This document shows positions 22,960 through 33,317 of a DNA stretch of 64,000 nucleotides, in pieces. Origin of the DNA: an uncultured Chloroflexia bacterium (GTDB lineage: Bacteria; Chloroflexota; Anaerolineae; JAAYZQ01); contig CAVOXA010000006.1 in the NCBI GenBank assembly GCA_963700285.1, positions 128,001 through 192,000 on the forward strand, written 5' to 3'. The notes under the pieces are model-generated. The model searched no databases and was not told the origin of the DNA. It was given only the letters and a program-made list of their open reading frames with translations. Positions within the stretch are counted from its first letter, which is position 1, and each line of letters opens with the position of its first letter. A program made the position numbers and the translations under genes.

Positions 22960-23664
22960 ATGATCAAGCTGGAAGACGTAACCAAGGTCTACGACCTGGG
23001 AAAAGGGAGTTCCGTCACCGCGGTGCGCGGGGTAAGCCTGGAGATCGGATCGGGCGAGTTTGCCGCCATCGTCGGTCGCTCGGGATCGGGCAAGACCACG
23101 CTCCTCAACCTGGCCGCCGGGTTGACCCGGCCGACGTCGGGCCGGGTGACGCTCGACGGCGTCGAGCTGTGGAAACTGACGCGACAAGCAGCAGTCACGC
23201 TTGCGGAGTCGAAAGATTGGGTTCGTCTTTCAGTTTCCAAGCCTGCTGCCGACGCTGACGGTGTACGAAAACGTGATCTTGCCTACCATCTTTGGGTCGG
23301 ACGGAGCACGGGCCGGATGCGCGCGAGCGGGCCGAAGCCATGCTGCACAAGGTCGGCCTGTCCGATAAGCTGACCGCCTATCCGCGCCAACTGTCGGCGG
23401 GCCAGCAGCAGCGCGTGGTCATCGCTCGATCGCTCATCAACCAACCCCAGTTGTTGCTGGCCGATGAGCCCACCAGCAATCTGGATGAGAAGACAGAGAT
23501 GGAGATCATGGGCTTGTTTCGTGATCTTCACGCCAGCCTGGGGCTGACGGTTGTGCTTGTCACGCACACGCGCCAGCTCATCTCGCCGGGGATGCGCTGC
23601 GATCGAAATGGCCGAGGGCCGGATCGTAGGTACGACCACGGCAGGGGCACAGGGAATCACATGA
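22960..23664 (+). CDS. LolD/MacB-type ABC ATP-binding protein (frameshifted)
   Basis: [32 protein letters not shown] and VLVTH. Confidence 0.88.
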
Positions 23665-24419
23665 GATCACTTCGGATCTGGATCCTGGTAGTCACGACCT
23701 CCCTCCTCTGTGGAGGGGTGACTGCCGGCGCAGGGACTGAGCAGTCGATTCATGCAAACCGCAACGCTGTCTCCGCGCCGCCGCTCGTCATCCTCTACAG
23801 CCAGGCGCCCAGCCCATCCGGGGGGCTGCTGCAATCTTCCCTGCGCGACCCCGACGGCAGCGCCAGCGACCAATGGGCCTGGGATGGATTCACACTCGGC
23901 TCGACTCACGCTATCAGCGAAGTGCAGTGGCGCGGCGGCTATGACCCTGTCCGGCTCGGCTCTGGTGGCCCGGTGGCCGATTTCACGGTCTCAATTTACG
24001 CTTCCATCCCGTCCGGCATCCAACCGGACATCTCCCAGCCTCCCCTGGTCCACTACAAAGTAGGCGGCAACGCCAACGAGGCGCCGGTTGAGGTGCTGGG
24101 CGGCGTGCAGACCTACGACTACCGGTATGCCCTGCCAGCTCCCTTCCAGGCCGCCGCAGGGACCAAGTATTGGATCCAGATCGAAGCCTATCAGCCCGGC
24201 GCGCCCGACTGGGGGCTCGCGGCAGCCACCGGGGGGGATGGGCAGTATTTTCGAAGGCTTGAGGGTGATGGCTTCAACTACCAGATCGCCCGCGGCGACG
24301 CAGCTTTTGCGCTGGTAGGGACGGGCGCGGACGGCTATCGGCTGTACCTGCCAGGTGTGTCACGCACACATACCGCAAACGGTCCGGCGGTGAGCTTAAC
24401 CGGGCGGACGCGCAGGTGA
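23661..24419 (+). CDS. Secreted protein paralogous to the middle domain of the 20074 protein, with a C-terminal YLP motif
   Basis: Signal peptide; SSLRDPDGS..DQW.WD.F, IYASIPSGI.PDI and VLGGVQTYDY shared with 20360-20890. Confidence 0.7.
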   Translation: MRSLRIWILVVTTSLLCGGVTAGAGTEQSIHANRNAVSAPPLVILYSQAPSPSGGLLQSSLRDPDGSASDQWAWDGFTLGSTHAISEVQWRGGYDPVRLGSGGPVADFTVSIYASIPSGIQPDISQPPLVHYKVGGNANEAPVEVLGGVQTYDYRYALPAPFQAAAGTKYWIQIEAYQPGAPDWGLAAATGGDGQYFRRLEGDGFNYQIARGDAAFALVGTGADGYRLYLPGVSRTHTANGPAVSLTGRTRR

Positions 24420-24482
24420 GCGCCAGCGGTGCCCTCTAGCCAGGGCAATCAGGAACCCCTAAGGAAAGGAAGCCGATTGCGT

Positions 24483-24938
24483 ATGAAAGTCATAGGAGTC
24501 ATTCTGATCGCCCTGGCCCTGGTTATCGGCATTGTGCCCCAGTTCACCGACTGTCTGGCCCAGGGCAGCGCCATGAAGATGCCGAATGGCAATCTCGTGC
24601 CCATGCGTTGCCATTGGACGCGGCAGGCTGAGGTCGCGGTGGCACTGCCACTGGCGATCGTGGGCATTCTGGTGTTGCTCAGTCGCCGCAGGCAGACGCT
24701 ACGTGCCCTTTTGCTGGTCGGCATGGCTCTGGGCCTGGCCGCGATCCTGCTGCCCACCTACCTGATCGGGGTCTGCGCCAGCGACGACATGATCTGCAGC
24801 ATGCTCATGAAACCCACCCTACTGTTTGCCGGTGTGCTTACAGTGGCCACCTGCCTGGTCGGGGTGGTCTACTTGCGCGGCGAGGGTGACGATTACACCG
24901 AAACCGATCCGATCGTTGGCGAGGAGGCAGGCACATGA
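24483..24938 (+). CDS. DUF4418-family membrane protein (second copy)
   Basis: FTDC...MRCHWT...LIGVCASDDMICS. Confidence 0.8.
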   Translation: MKVIGVILIALALVIGIVPQFTDCLAQGSAMKMPNGNLVPMRCHWTRQAEVAVALPLAIVGILVLLSRRRQTLRALLLVGMALGLAAILLPTYLIGVCASDDMICSMLMKPTLLFAGVLTVATCLVGVVYLRGEGDDYTETDPIVGEEAGT

Positions 24939-25546
24939 GAAGAGACAACCAAATGGGCACTGGCTCTGCTGGGCCTGGCCTTTGCCGTCGGCTTTGGCCT
25001 GTGGGCCCAATCGCTCTTTGTCACGTCCGAGCTGGTACACTTTTCGGTCAACTTTCCCTCCGATGGCCGGGCGGAAACGATGTCGTGCTGCGATCTGGGC
25101 GGGCCCTGGGCACGAGATCGCGATCCCGAGTGGAATGATTATGCCGCCGGGGGGTGCTGGTCTACGGCGAGGAGGGCGCCGTCGTGATCGATGCCGGGCG
25201 GCAAGGGTTGTTGAAGCGCACCTTGCAGCCCAACTATCTGAGCATTTCCAGCCACTGGGTGAGGAACGTGGGCACCCAACCCTACCAGATCCGGCTGGAC
25301 ATGGACATGTGCGGCTGGGACCTGAAATGGGTGACCTTTGAGCGGGATTGGGACCCCGAGGCCAAGATGACTACCCGGTTCATCGATCCCGGGCAGAGCT
25401 TTAACATGGACTGGTTCTTTACCATCCCCACGAAACAACGGGACCAGGCAACTATCTGCGAGGGGCAGCTCGACGTCTATGACGCCGAGACCGACGACCT
25501 GCTGACCGAACTGCCGATCGTGATCGTCAACTCGAAAGCCAACTGA
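24935..25546 (+). CDS. Hypothetical membrane-anchored protein (frameshifted)
   Basis: ATGA overlap with the upstream stop; N-terminal TM WALALLGLAFAVGFGLW; clean coding frame 25154-25546. Confidence 0.6.
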
Positions 25547-25563
25547 AACCCAGGAGAAGCGCC

Positions 25564-26466
25564 ATGTCCGTGTATCCCACCACCTACCGAACGCTGCGCC
25601 GCCATTGGTTCCATCGCTTTCTCTTCTTTCTGCTGGGGATCGTATTGCTGTATGCGCCCTTTGCCCTGTTCACGCGTCTCGTCCTGTGGCTGTCAGGCAG
25701 CCCCCTGCTGCCGGATGCGCACCGCATCTGTCTGCGCATGCCAATCCAATGGCTGGCCCAACCCTGGATGTACGGGACCATGATCCAGCAACCGGCCTAC
25801 TTGGTGGCCATCCTGGTCCTGCCCGGAATCGCCCTATTTGTTGGACCGGTGTTCTGTGGCTGGATGTGCCCGGCCGGCGGGATGACAGAATACCTGAGCC
25901 GGCTGGTTCCCCCGCGCTTTCAGATGGACCTGGGGGGCAAGGTCAACCCGGTTCCGATCCGCTACGGCTTTACGGTGGGCATGATGGTCGCCTCGTTCAT
26001 CGGCGGCAACGTCTGCTGCTCGTTCTGCAACTTTACCCACACCCAGAACATCATCAGCGCCGTGTTCGGCGACTTTACGGGGATCACCTACTGGGCCTCT
26101 TTCATGGTCATCAGCTTTGTGCTGTGGTTCGTTGTCCTGGGACTGTTTACCAAAGGCGGGCGCGGCTGGTGTAACCTTCTGTGTCCCGCCGGCGCGCTTC
26201 AGGGTCTGACCCATTCGCTGGGCCGCTGGCTGCGCCTGGGCCACTCGGTTCAGATCCAGCAGAACCAGTGCCGCGGCTGCAAGACCTGTGTCTCGACTTG
26301 CCCCACCTGGGCCATCTCGGTAAAAGAGGACAGGATGCAGATCAATTCCCACGCATGCAACGTCTGCATGGACTGCAGCAAGGTCTGCAGCCGTAATGCC
26401 ATCGCCTTCCGCCGGAACCGTGGTACCGCTAGTCAAGCCGCGTCAGAGCCAGTCCAGGCCAGCTAA
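25564..26466 (+). CDS. Membrane-bound 4Fe-4S protein (NapH/MauN-like polyferredoxin)
   Basis: FCGWMCPAG, CCSFC, WCNLLCPAG and two CxxCxxCxxxC motifs. Confidence 0.88.
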   Translation: MSVYPTTYRTLRRHWFHRFLFFLLGIVLLYAPFALFTRLVLWLSGSPLLPDAHRICLRMPIQWLAQPWMYGTMIQQPAYLVAILVLPGIALFVGPVFCGWMCPAGGMTEYLSRLVPPRFQMDLGGKVNPVPIRYGFTVGMMVASFIGGNVCCSFCNFTHTQNIISAVFGDFTGITYWASFMVISFVLWFVVLGLFTKGGRGWCNLLCPAGALQGLTHSLGRWLRLGHSVQIQQNQCRGCKTCVSTCPTWAISVKEDRMQINSHACNVCMDCSKVCSRNAIAFRRNRGTASQAASEPVQAS

Positions 26467-26503
26467 ACAAGCGCAGAGAACCTGGCCCATCAGGAGGTAT
26501 AAC

Positions 26504-26749
26504 ATGTTACGTAAACTGAGCGAGAAGCTGCGCAAGCTGAGCAACAGGCTCCATTCGTTCACCCTGGGGACGACGACTAGCCCTGTTCGCCGTGCTCTTG
26601 AGCCAGGCCGGCCAGAGCTGCGCCCTCACGGGCCAGTGAACGACTTGCGGAGCCTGCGTGCCCAGGCTGCTGCCCATCCTGGCCCTGCCACTCCTGGCGG
26701 ATGGCCTATTAACCGTGACCGGCAAGGTATTGAGCACCGTGACCGGTAG
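26504..26749 (+). CDS. Small basic hypothetical protein
   Basis: AGGAGG RBS 6-7 nt before ATG; 81 aa. Confidence 0.4.
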   Translation: MLRKLSEKLRKLSNRLHSFTLGTTTSPVRRALEPGRPELRPHGPVNDLRSLRAQAAAHPGPATPGGWPINRDRQGIEHRDR

Positions 26750-26860
26750 AGAATAGAATTAGGACTAGATAGAGCAAATGGACCCCGTGCATGTCGTTGC
26801 GAGTTTATCCATGGCGCGGGGCACCACTCTATGTCTCAGAACCTCGTTCCTCGGGAGGCC

Positions 26861-27038
26861 GTCATCCTGAGCGCCAGCGAAGGATCTCTTTTATGCATAG
26901 CCGAGATTCTTCACTTCGTTCAGAATGACGAACTATCGGCTCCTTGGTCGGAGCGGAGCGATGAAGCAATCCCCCCTTGTGCCAGGCAGTCGGTTTCTTA
27001 CGAGTACGTGGAGATTGCTTCGCTGCGCTCGCAATGAC
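26861..27038. repeat. GTCAT-type palindromic repeat elements between convergent operons
   Basis: GTCATCCTGAGCGCCAGCGAAGGATCT...AGATTCTTCACTTCGTTCAGAATGAC, and GAAGCAATC...GATTGCTTCGCTGCGCTCGCAATGAC. Confidence 0.7.
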
Positions 27039-27067
27039 AGATCTGTCATTTCCGCCTTGAATAGGTA

Positions 27068-28061
27068 CTAGGTTCGGGGCAGTCGCAGCCCCAGGTCCAG
27101 CGACAACGCCCGGCGGTAGATCTCGGGCAGGATGGCCGCATATTCGCCCCAGATGCCCAAGGCCAGGTAGACGATCACCTCTTCCGCCGACTCGCGGCCC
27201 GCCTTTCGCCCGGCAACGATGTCGGGCCACTGGGCATACACGTCCTCGGGGCCAAACAGCCCCAGTTCGTCGAGCATGCCCAATTCCGGTATGCGGGGCC
27301 GGACGTAGCGCCAGTTGTCCACGACGACCTTGTCCGCTTCCGTGAGCACCTCCAGGGCGATCTCCTGGTAGGAGCCCATGCGACCGACAAAGGCGCCGGG
27401 CTTGAGCCAATCCCGCTCAACCAGGGGCTGGTCGCCGGTGGTCACGGTAAAGACAATGTCCGAAGCGCGAACAGCCCGCTCGCGTTCCGCCAGCGGCACA
27501 GCAGTCACCGGAATGCCCACCTCCGGAGCCAGCTCCTCAGCATAGGCCACCGCGGCAGCGGGAAGGATGTCGATGATGTAGGCCTGGCGCAGATCAAAGC
27601 GGTGGCAAAGGGCGCGCAGATGCATCCGGCCCAGCGTTCCCAGCGCCAAAGATGGTGACCACCTCGGCCCCCGGCAGCGCCAGATAGGCCGCCGTCACCG
27701 CGCTGGAGGCGCCCGTCTTGAGGGCGGTCACATAGCCGCCCTCCATGATGCAGGCCGGCAGTCCGGTCTCCGCGTCAAAGAGTAGCACCATGGAGGAGGT
27801 GGTCAGGGTTCCAAAGCGTTCAGGGTTGCCAGGAAAGTAGCTAAAGGTCTTGACAAAGGCCAGTTCTTCGCCCTGCATATAGCCGGAAAAGGGCTTGACG
27901 AAACCGGCCGGGGCGACGTCCATATAGAATTTGTCCCCAGCCACCCGGCCCGCGGCGTCGGCGCGGATCCCGATCTCGGCCAGATCCACCGTTTCGGCCA
28001 TGGTGAGGGTCTGCTGCACGTCCGATTCCGTCAGATAGAGAATCGATTCTGGTACCGGCAT
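27068..28061 (-). CDS. Ornithine cyclodeaminase/mu-crystallin family protein (one frameshift near 27645)
   Basis: LFDAETGLP..YVTALKTGA, TIFGAG, DIVFTVT, WLKPGA and GRESAEE. Confidence 0.85.
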
Positions 28062-28185
28062 GTCGTCTCCTCTTACGCTGAAGACCTGACAGGGCAGATG
28101 TGAAACAGCCGTGTCCGATCGGCAGCATGGTGCATTTATGTCACCTTCGGGCAGCGCAATTCTCGCAACCCAGGCCAGAAACCCG

Positions 28186-29517
28186 TCAGATCTGCAAGCT
28201 GGCGTCCGCGATGTCCAGGGCGCCATCGATCACGGCCAAACCTTCGGCAATCTGATCAGCATCGATGCACAGGGGCGGCACGGCAAAGATCCAGTTCCAC
28301 TTGACAAAGGTGTAGAGCCCCTTTTCGCAAAGATAGCGCGCGACCTCGGGCATGGGGCCGAGCTCAGAGGACTTGGCGTTCCAGGGGGCCAGCGGTTCGC
28401 GCGTCTCCCGGTCCTTGACCAGCTCCAGGATCCAAAAGAGCCCGATGCCCCGCACATCGCCGACACTGGGATGCCGTGCCTTGAGGTCGGCCAGCCCCTC
28501 AGCCATCACCGCGCCCATCCGCCGCGCATTCTCCAGCAGATTGTCTTCCTGGTAGACCTGGAGCGCAGCAATGCCTGCCGCGCAGGACATGGGGTGGCCA
28601 CTGTAGGTCAGCCCACCCCAGAAGACCTGGTCCTCAAAGTACCGGGCGATCTTGTCCGAGACGATGACGGCCCCCAGCGGCAGATAGCCCGAGGTGATGC
28701 CCTTGGCCGTGGTGATGATGTCGGGCACGACGCCCCAGTTGTCAACGGCGAACCACTGGCCGGTCCGCCCAAAGCCGCTCATCACCTCGTCGGCGATGAG
28801 CAGGATGCCATAGCGGTCGCAGAGATCGCGCAGGCGAGGCCAATAGTCGTCGGGCGGCACGATGATGCCGTTGGTGCCGGTCACTCCCTCGGCCAGGATG
28901 GCGGCCACGTTCTCTGGTCCTTCAAACTGTACCACCTGCTCGATGTGGCTGATGCACTCGCGGGCGCAGGTCTCTGGCTCCTGGCCAAAGACGCAGCGGT
29001 AGCAGTGGGGGTCAAAGACACGCACGATGCCGGGGATGCCCGGTTCGATGGGCAGGCGGCGCGGGTCACCGCTGGCACTCATGGCCCCGTAGGTCGCGCC
29101 GTGGTAGGAGCGATAGCGGGTGATGATCTTGTTGCGGCCGGTAGCCAGGCGGGCGATCTTGATGGCGTTTTCTGTGGCCTCCGCCCCGCCCAGCGTGAAA
29201 AAGGTCTTGTTCAGGTCACCGGGCGCGATCTCGGCCAGCATCATGCCCAGCTCGCCCCGAGGTTGCGTGGCGAAGGACGGCGCCACGTAGGTCAGTTTGT
29301 CGGCCTGCGCCTTGATGGCTTCCACCACCCTGGCATTGCCGTGGCCGATGTTGACGTTCATCAACTGGGCCGAAAAGTCCAGGTAGCGCTTGCCATCGGC
29401 ATCCCAGAGATAGACGCCCTCCGCCCGGTCAATGGGAATGGGGTTCACCGCCCCCTGGCTCGCCCAGGCAAAAAACGTGTATTCCCGGTTCATACAAATA
29501 ATCTCTGCGTTGTCCAT
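28186..29517 (-). CDS. Class III aminotransferase (omega-amine, taurine/beta-alanine type)
   Basis: YLDFSAQL, GGAEATE, SYHG, IADEVMSGFGRTG and TTAKG. Confidence 0.9.
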   Translation of the reverse strand: MDNAEIICMNREYTFFAWASQGAVNPIPIDRAEGVYLWDADGKRYLDFSAQLMNVNIGHGNARVVEAIKAQADKLTYVAPSFATQPRGELGMMLAEIAPGDLNKTFFTLGGAEATENAIKIARLATGRNKIITRYRSYHGATYGAMSASGDPRRLPIEPGIPGIVRVFDPHCYRCVFGQEPETCARECISHIEQVVQFEGPENVAAILAEGVTGTNGIIVPPDDYWPRLRDLCDRYGILLIADEVMSGFGRTGQWFAVDNWGVVPDIITTAKGITSGYLPLGAVIVSDKIARYFEDQVFWGGLTYSGHPMSCAAGIAALQVYQEDNLLENARRMGAVMAEGLADLKARHPSVGDVRGIGLFWILELVKDRETREPLAPWNAKSSELGPMPEVARYLCEKGLYTFVKWNWIFAVPPLCIDADQIAEGLAVIDGALDIADASLQI

Positions 29518-29683
29518 TTGTAGCTCTCTTCTAACTCAGTAAGATCCTCCCGCGGGTTGCGTGCATTCGGCTTGGCACAAAATTGTGCGGGATCTGCCCA
29601 TAGCCACGCAGTTTCCACGGCAAACCCGCGGGAGGATCGCTCCTTCATTTGTCAAGACCACTTGCTGCCGCCTGCCAGCCAGG

Positions 29684-30859
29684 TCACACTTTCCTGGTCA
29701 CCGAGACCTGGGTCGCGATGCCTCGCGCCTCCAGCTCGGCAAAGAAGGCATTGGGGTCTACGGACATCTCCGGCGGGAAGACGCCAGGGCCTGGTACGCG
29801 GCCGGCTGCCAGCCATTGGGCCACGATGGACGGACCCACGCCCGTAGGCAGCGAGCCAACCGGCGTCAGCGTGCCCAGCCGGTAGGTCACCTCTTGCCCA
29901 TCCTTTGTACCGGCTATCTCTGTGACGATTTCTTTGGTCCACCGAGTAGGATCCACAGCTTCCTGCAGGAAAGCATCCAGCGGCGGAACATAGTCGGCCA
30001 TGAGTTCCACCAGCAGCTCGCGCGGGTAGACCGGCGCACCCCGCAGTTGGACGGGTTCCGAACTGGCAAAACCCAGATCGGCCAGCAGCCGGACCTTGGC
30101 AAAGGCATCGGGGCTCATGCCCCAGTAGTTGATCTTGAAAAAGCACTCGCGCAGCCCCTTGTCAGCAAAAGAAATCGGCAGGGTGGCCACTTCCGAATGC
30201 AGCGAGAGGTGGCAGCGGAGCAGGCCAACCGGAGGCGTAAACCAGTAGTCCTCTTCGCCGGAGAGGGGCTCCTCCTCTACAAATTCGCCGCCGCGAAAGA
30301 CCATGGGCGGCATGATCAGCTCGTCGATGATGGTCGGGATGGCATAACCAAAGCGAATATCATCGCCCGGCGGAGGCAGGATACCATCGTAGATGCGGAT
30401 AGAATCCACCGTATCCAGGCGGTCGGCGGCATAGCGGGAGTGGACGTTGGGCACGCCCGGCGCGCTGCCCATGCCCAGCACCGCCGTCAGCCCCGCCGCA
30501 GCAAAGTCGTCGTGCAAGGCCAACTGCTTGCGGGTGTTGAAAAAGAGGCCGCCCATGTCCGTATAGTGCGTCCCGGCCTCCAGGCACGCTTGCATCACCT
30601 CCAGGTTGAAATAGTAGTGCACGGCGTTGAGCACGGCGTCCGCGCCACGCAGCACCGCGACCAGTCCATCCCGGTCAGTTACGTCAACTTCCTTGACCGA
30701 CACTTTGCCCCGTCCCACGGGCAGCAACGCCACCACCTTGTTTGCCAGCCCGGTATCGCGGTCGGCGATGATCACCTGCTCGACGCCATCACTGGCGGCC
30801 AGGTCCTTGACGGCGATGCGTCCCATCAGGCCCGCACCACCCAGCACGACGATCTTCAT
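29684..30859 (-). CDS. Saccharopine dehydrogenase family protein (lysine 6-dehydrogenase / carboxyspermidine dehydrogenase-like)
   Basis: LGGAGLMG, HYTDMGG, GMGSAPG, HSEVATLP and PGVFPPE. Confidence 0.85.
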   Translation of the reverse strand: MKIVVLGGAGLMGRIAVKDLAASDGVEQVIIADRDTGLANKVVALLPVGRGKVSVKEVDVTDRDGLVAVLRGADAVLNAVHYYFNLEVMQACLEAGTHYTDMGGLFFNTRKQLALHDDFAAAGLTAVLGMGSAPGVPNVHSRYAADRLDTVDSIRIYDGILPPPGDDIRFGYAIPTIIDELIMPPMVFRGGEFVEEEPLSGEEDYWFTPPVGLLRCHLSLHSEVATLPISFADKGLRECFFKINYWGMSPDAFAKVRLLADLGFASSEPVQLRGAPVYPRELLVELMADYVPPLDAFLQEAVDPTRWTKEIVTEIAGTKDGQEVTYRLGTLTPVGSLPTGVGPSIVAQWLAAGRVPGPGVFPPEMSVDPNAFFAELEARGIATQVSVTRKV

Positions 30860-30897
30860 GAGTTGTTTCCTCCTTGTCTCATCTGTCTAGTGCTATT

Positions 30898-31809
30898 TCA
30901 CATCACTTTGTCCTGCAACACACCCCACACCTCATAGATCACCTTCAGCGCCGCAAACGAGGTGGCGTCCGATTGATCCAGGGGTGGCGATATCTCTACG
31001 ACGTCCATGGCCCGCACCGGCAGCTCCTGGGTGACGATGCGCATCAGCTCCAGCAGATCCCTCGTGCTGGGGCCGCCGCCTTCAGGGGTGCCGGTTCCGG
31101 GCGCGTAGGCTGGATCCAGACCATCGATGTCCAGCGTCACATAGACAGCCGGAACACCCCGCAGCCGCGCCACTACCTCTTTGGCAATGGCTTCGATGCC
31201 CCGGAGGTAGCACTGGCGGGCGGTATGGTAGGTCATGCCCGGGTACGCGGCCATCGACTCGCGGTCCTCCGGGCAGAAGCAGCGCACCCCGACAAAGACC
31301 ATGCGCCAGGGATCTGACCCGGCAAGTTCCAAGGCTCGCCGCTCCGAACAAGCGTGGGACCAAGGATTCCCATCATAAGTATCCCACAGGTCAAAGTGAG
31401 CGTCAAAATGCAGGATGCCAAAGGGTCCATCGACAACCCGGTCAAAGGCCCGCATCAGCGGGATGGTCACCGAGTGATCCCCGCCCAGGAACAGGGCAAG
31501 GGGGTGCTGCAGCGCCTCCACGGCTCGCTCTTCGACCATCGGCAGGTCCCGGGGCCAGGCCAGGTCGGACGGCACGTCGCCATAGTCCCGCACCCGTACC
31601 CGCAGTGGTTCTCCTTCTTCGGCGCTGGGCGCGAGCTGCAGCGTCAATTCGCGCAGCTTTGCAGGAGCTTGAGCCGCGCCAAGACGGTGCTGGGCTGCCC
31701 CATCGAATGGGATGCCCAGCACGCCGACCTCAGCGCCCGGATCCTCGCTGGCCAGCCCGCTCCACACGTCGTGGTGGTCATGAGCGACTGGTGCAGTCGC
31801 CTCTGTCAT
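30898..31809 (-). CDS. speB: Agmatinase (ureohydrolase family)
   Basis: GGDHS, HFDAHFD and LDIDGLDPAYAPGTGTP. Confidence 0.85.
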   Translation of the reverse strand: MTEATAPVAHDHHDVWSGLASEDPGAEVGVLGIPFDGAAQHRLGAAQAPAKLRELTLQLAPSAEEGEPLRVRVRDYGDVPSDLAWPRDLPMVEERAVEALQHPLALFLGGDHSVTIPLMRAFDRVVDGPFGILHFDAHFDLWDTYDGNPWSHACSERRALELAGSDPWRMVFVGVRCFCPEDRESMAAYPGMTYHTARQCYLRGIEAIAKEVVARLRGVPAVYVTLDIDGLDPAYAPGTGTPEGGGPSTRDLLELMRIVTQELPVRAMDVVEISPPLDQSDATSFAALKVIYEVWGVLQDKVM

Positions 31810-31937
31810 TTGTCCCCCCTTCGCGCAATCCAGACCTCGGAGGTGTGGTTTCGAGGTCAGGACCGCGACGATGCGCAGGCTCCAACCGGTGCAAGCAAAG
31901 CGCCTGCAACAGAGACCTCCGAGGTCTCGGGTTTCGC

Positions 31938-33077
31938 CTACAATTCTTCTACCTTCTCATGGATCTGGATCCCGCGCCGGGCCAGTTCCCGAAAAAAGAT
32001 CTCGGGATCGATGGCCGTCTCTGGCGGGACGACGCCCCGCACCTGGACGTCGCCGCGGGTGATCATCTGGACGCCGATGCTGAGCGGAATGGCAATGTTC
32101 TTGTAGTAGGCCGCCTTGCCGCCCCACTCGTCCATGCCCGGGTGGCGGTTCCAGTAGGTGTACTTGCGATCGCGCCCATCCACCTTGCCCATGACCTCCA
32201 CCACGAGGCCGTAGGCCCAGAGCGGCGTCTCTTTGCTGTCAGGGAGCGCCAACAGAACCTCGTACATCATCTCAAAGGCCGTGGTCTCTATGCCCTTGAC
32301 TGTAATCGGCTGCTCGCTGTAGAGGCCCGATTCCAGCATCGACTTGGCCAGCCGCATGGCGTGGGGCGGGAAGCAGCCGCGCACCGATACCGCGCGGGCG
32401 CCCAGGCTCTTGGGCATGGTGCGCACCTCGGGATGGGGGATGTAGCACACCTCCTGCTCGCCAATGGGGCCAGGAAAGGTCATCTTTTGCACGCCCTCAA
32501 AGGGCCCCACCCGGTGGTAGACGCCATCCTCGTAGTAGAGCCGGTCGTCCAGCTCGGGGTGGAACTCCCACAGGAAGGTGACGAGCAGCCCGGGGGACGG
32601 GGCTGGGCAGCGAAAGGCGGCAAAGTAGATCTTGATCTCGTCCACCTCATCCAGTTGGTCTGCCCCGCGCCGGGCCATGGCATTGGTAATGCCCGGCGTG
32701 GCGCCCATACCCGGGATGAACACCATGTCCTTGTCCACCGCTGCGGCGTGATAGCTCCACTGATCCTCCTCGGTGGAGACGTCGAGCCCGTTCACGCCGA
32801 CCTCAACGCAGGCCCTGGTCACGGCCAGATCATACTTCCACGGCAGGCCGTTGAGGATGACGTCATAGTTGGAAAAGGTCCTCACCAGCTCATCGTGGTC
32901 CTCCGCGTTCACCTGGACCACCCGCAGACGTGGATCGCCGATTTCGGCGGCCAGCTTTTCCGCAGCGGCGACGTCATAGTCGCCGATGACAATCTCGTCA
33001 AAGTCCGAGAACTGGGCCAGGTCGCGGGTGGCATGCTGGCAGACGGCGCCCGCGCCGCCCAAAGATAGTACTTTCAC
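31938..33077 (-). CDS. Saccharopine dehydrogenase family protein (second copy)
   Basis: LGGAGAV, GMGATPGITN, HPEVRTMP and GVVPPE. Confidence 0.85.
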   Translation of the reverse strand: MKVLSLGGAGAVCQHATRDLAQFSDFDEIVIGDYDVAAAEKLAAEIGDPRLRVVQVNAEDHDELVRTFSNYDVILNGLPWKYDLAVTRACVEVGVNGLDVSTEEDQWSYHAAAVDKDMVFIPGMGATPGITNAMARRGADQLDEVDEIKIYFAAFRCPAPSPGLLVTFLWEFHPELDDRLYYEDGVYHRVGPFEGVQKMTFPGPIGEQEVCYIPHPEVRTMPKSLGARAVSVRGCFPPHAMRLAKSMLESGLYSEQPITVKGIETTAFEMMYEVLLALPDSKETPLWAYGLVVEVMGKVDGRDRKYTYWNRHPGMDEWGGKAAYYKNIAIPLSIGVQMITRGDVQVRGVVPPETAIDPEIFFRELARRGIQIHEKVEEL

Positions 33078-33317
33078 GATTGCCCTCCATGATTCTTGGT
33101 TTTGATGTCGACACCTGACAGGGCGGAACTTGCGCGCGGCGCATCCGTTGGCAAATCTGCTCAGGTCTTTTCACTCCACTCCCGCCAGGCCTGTCGCTGA
33201 GACTCAGTCGAAGCGTCCGTGACCTGGCGGCTCCGGCTCACGTCGGTGCTCATGCCGCTGGTCACGGACCAGCAGCGAGCAACAGAGAGCCAGCGACACT
33301 TGGACCAATAGACCGGA

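Noticed and set aside
29572-29588. Sigma54 promoter-like TGGCACAAAATTGT
   Set aside because: The -12 GC is mismatched, and the orientation is opposite to the surrounding genes
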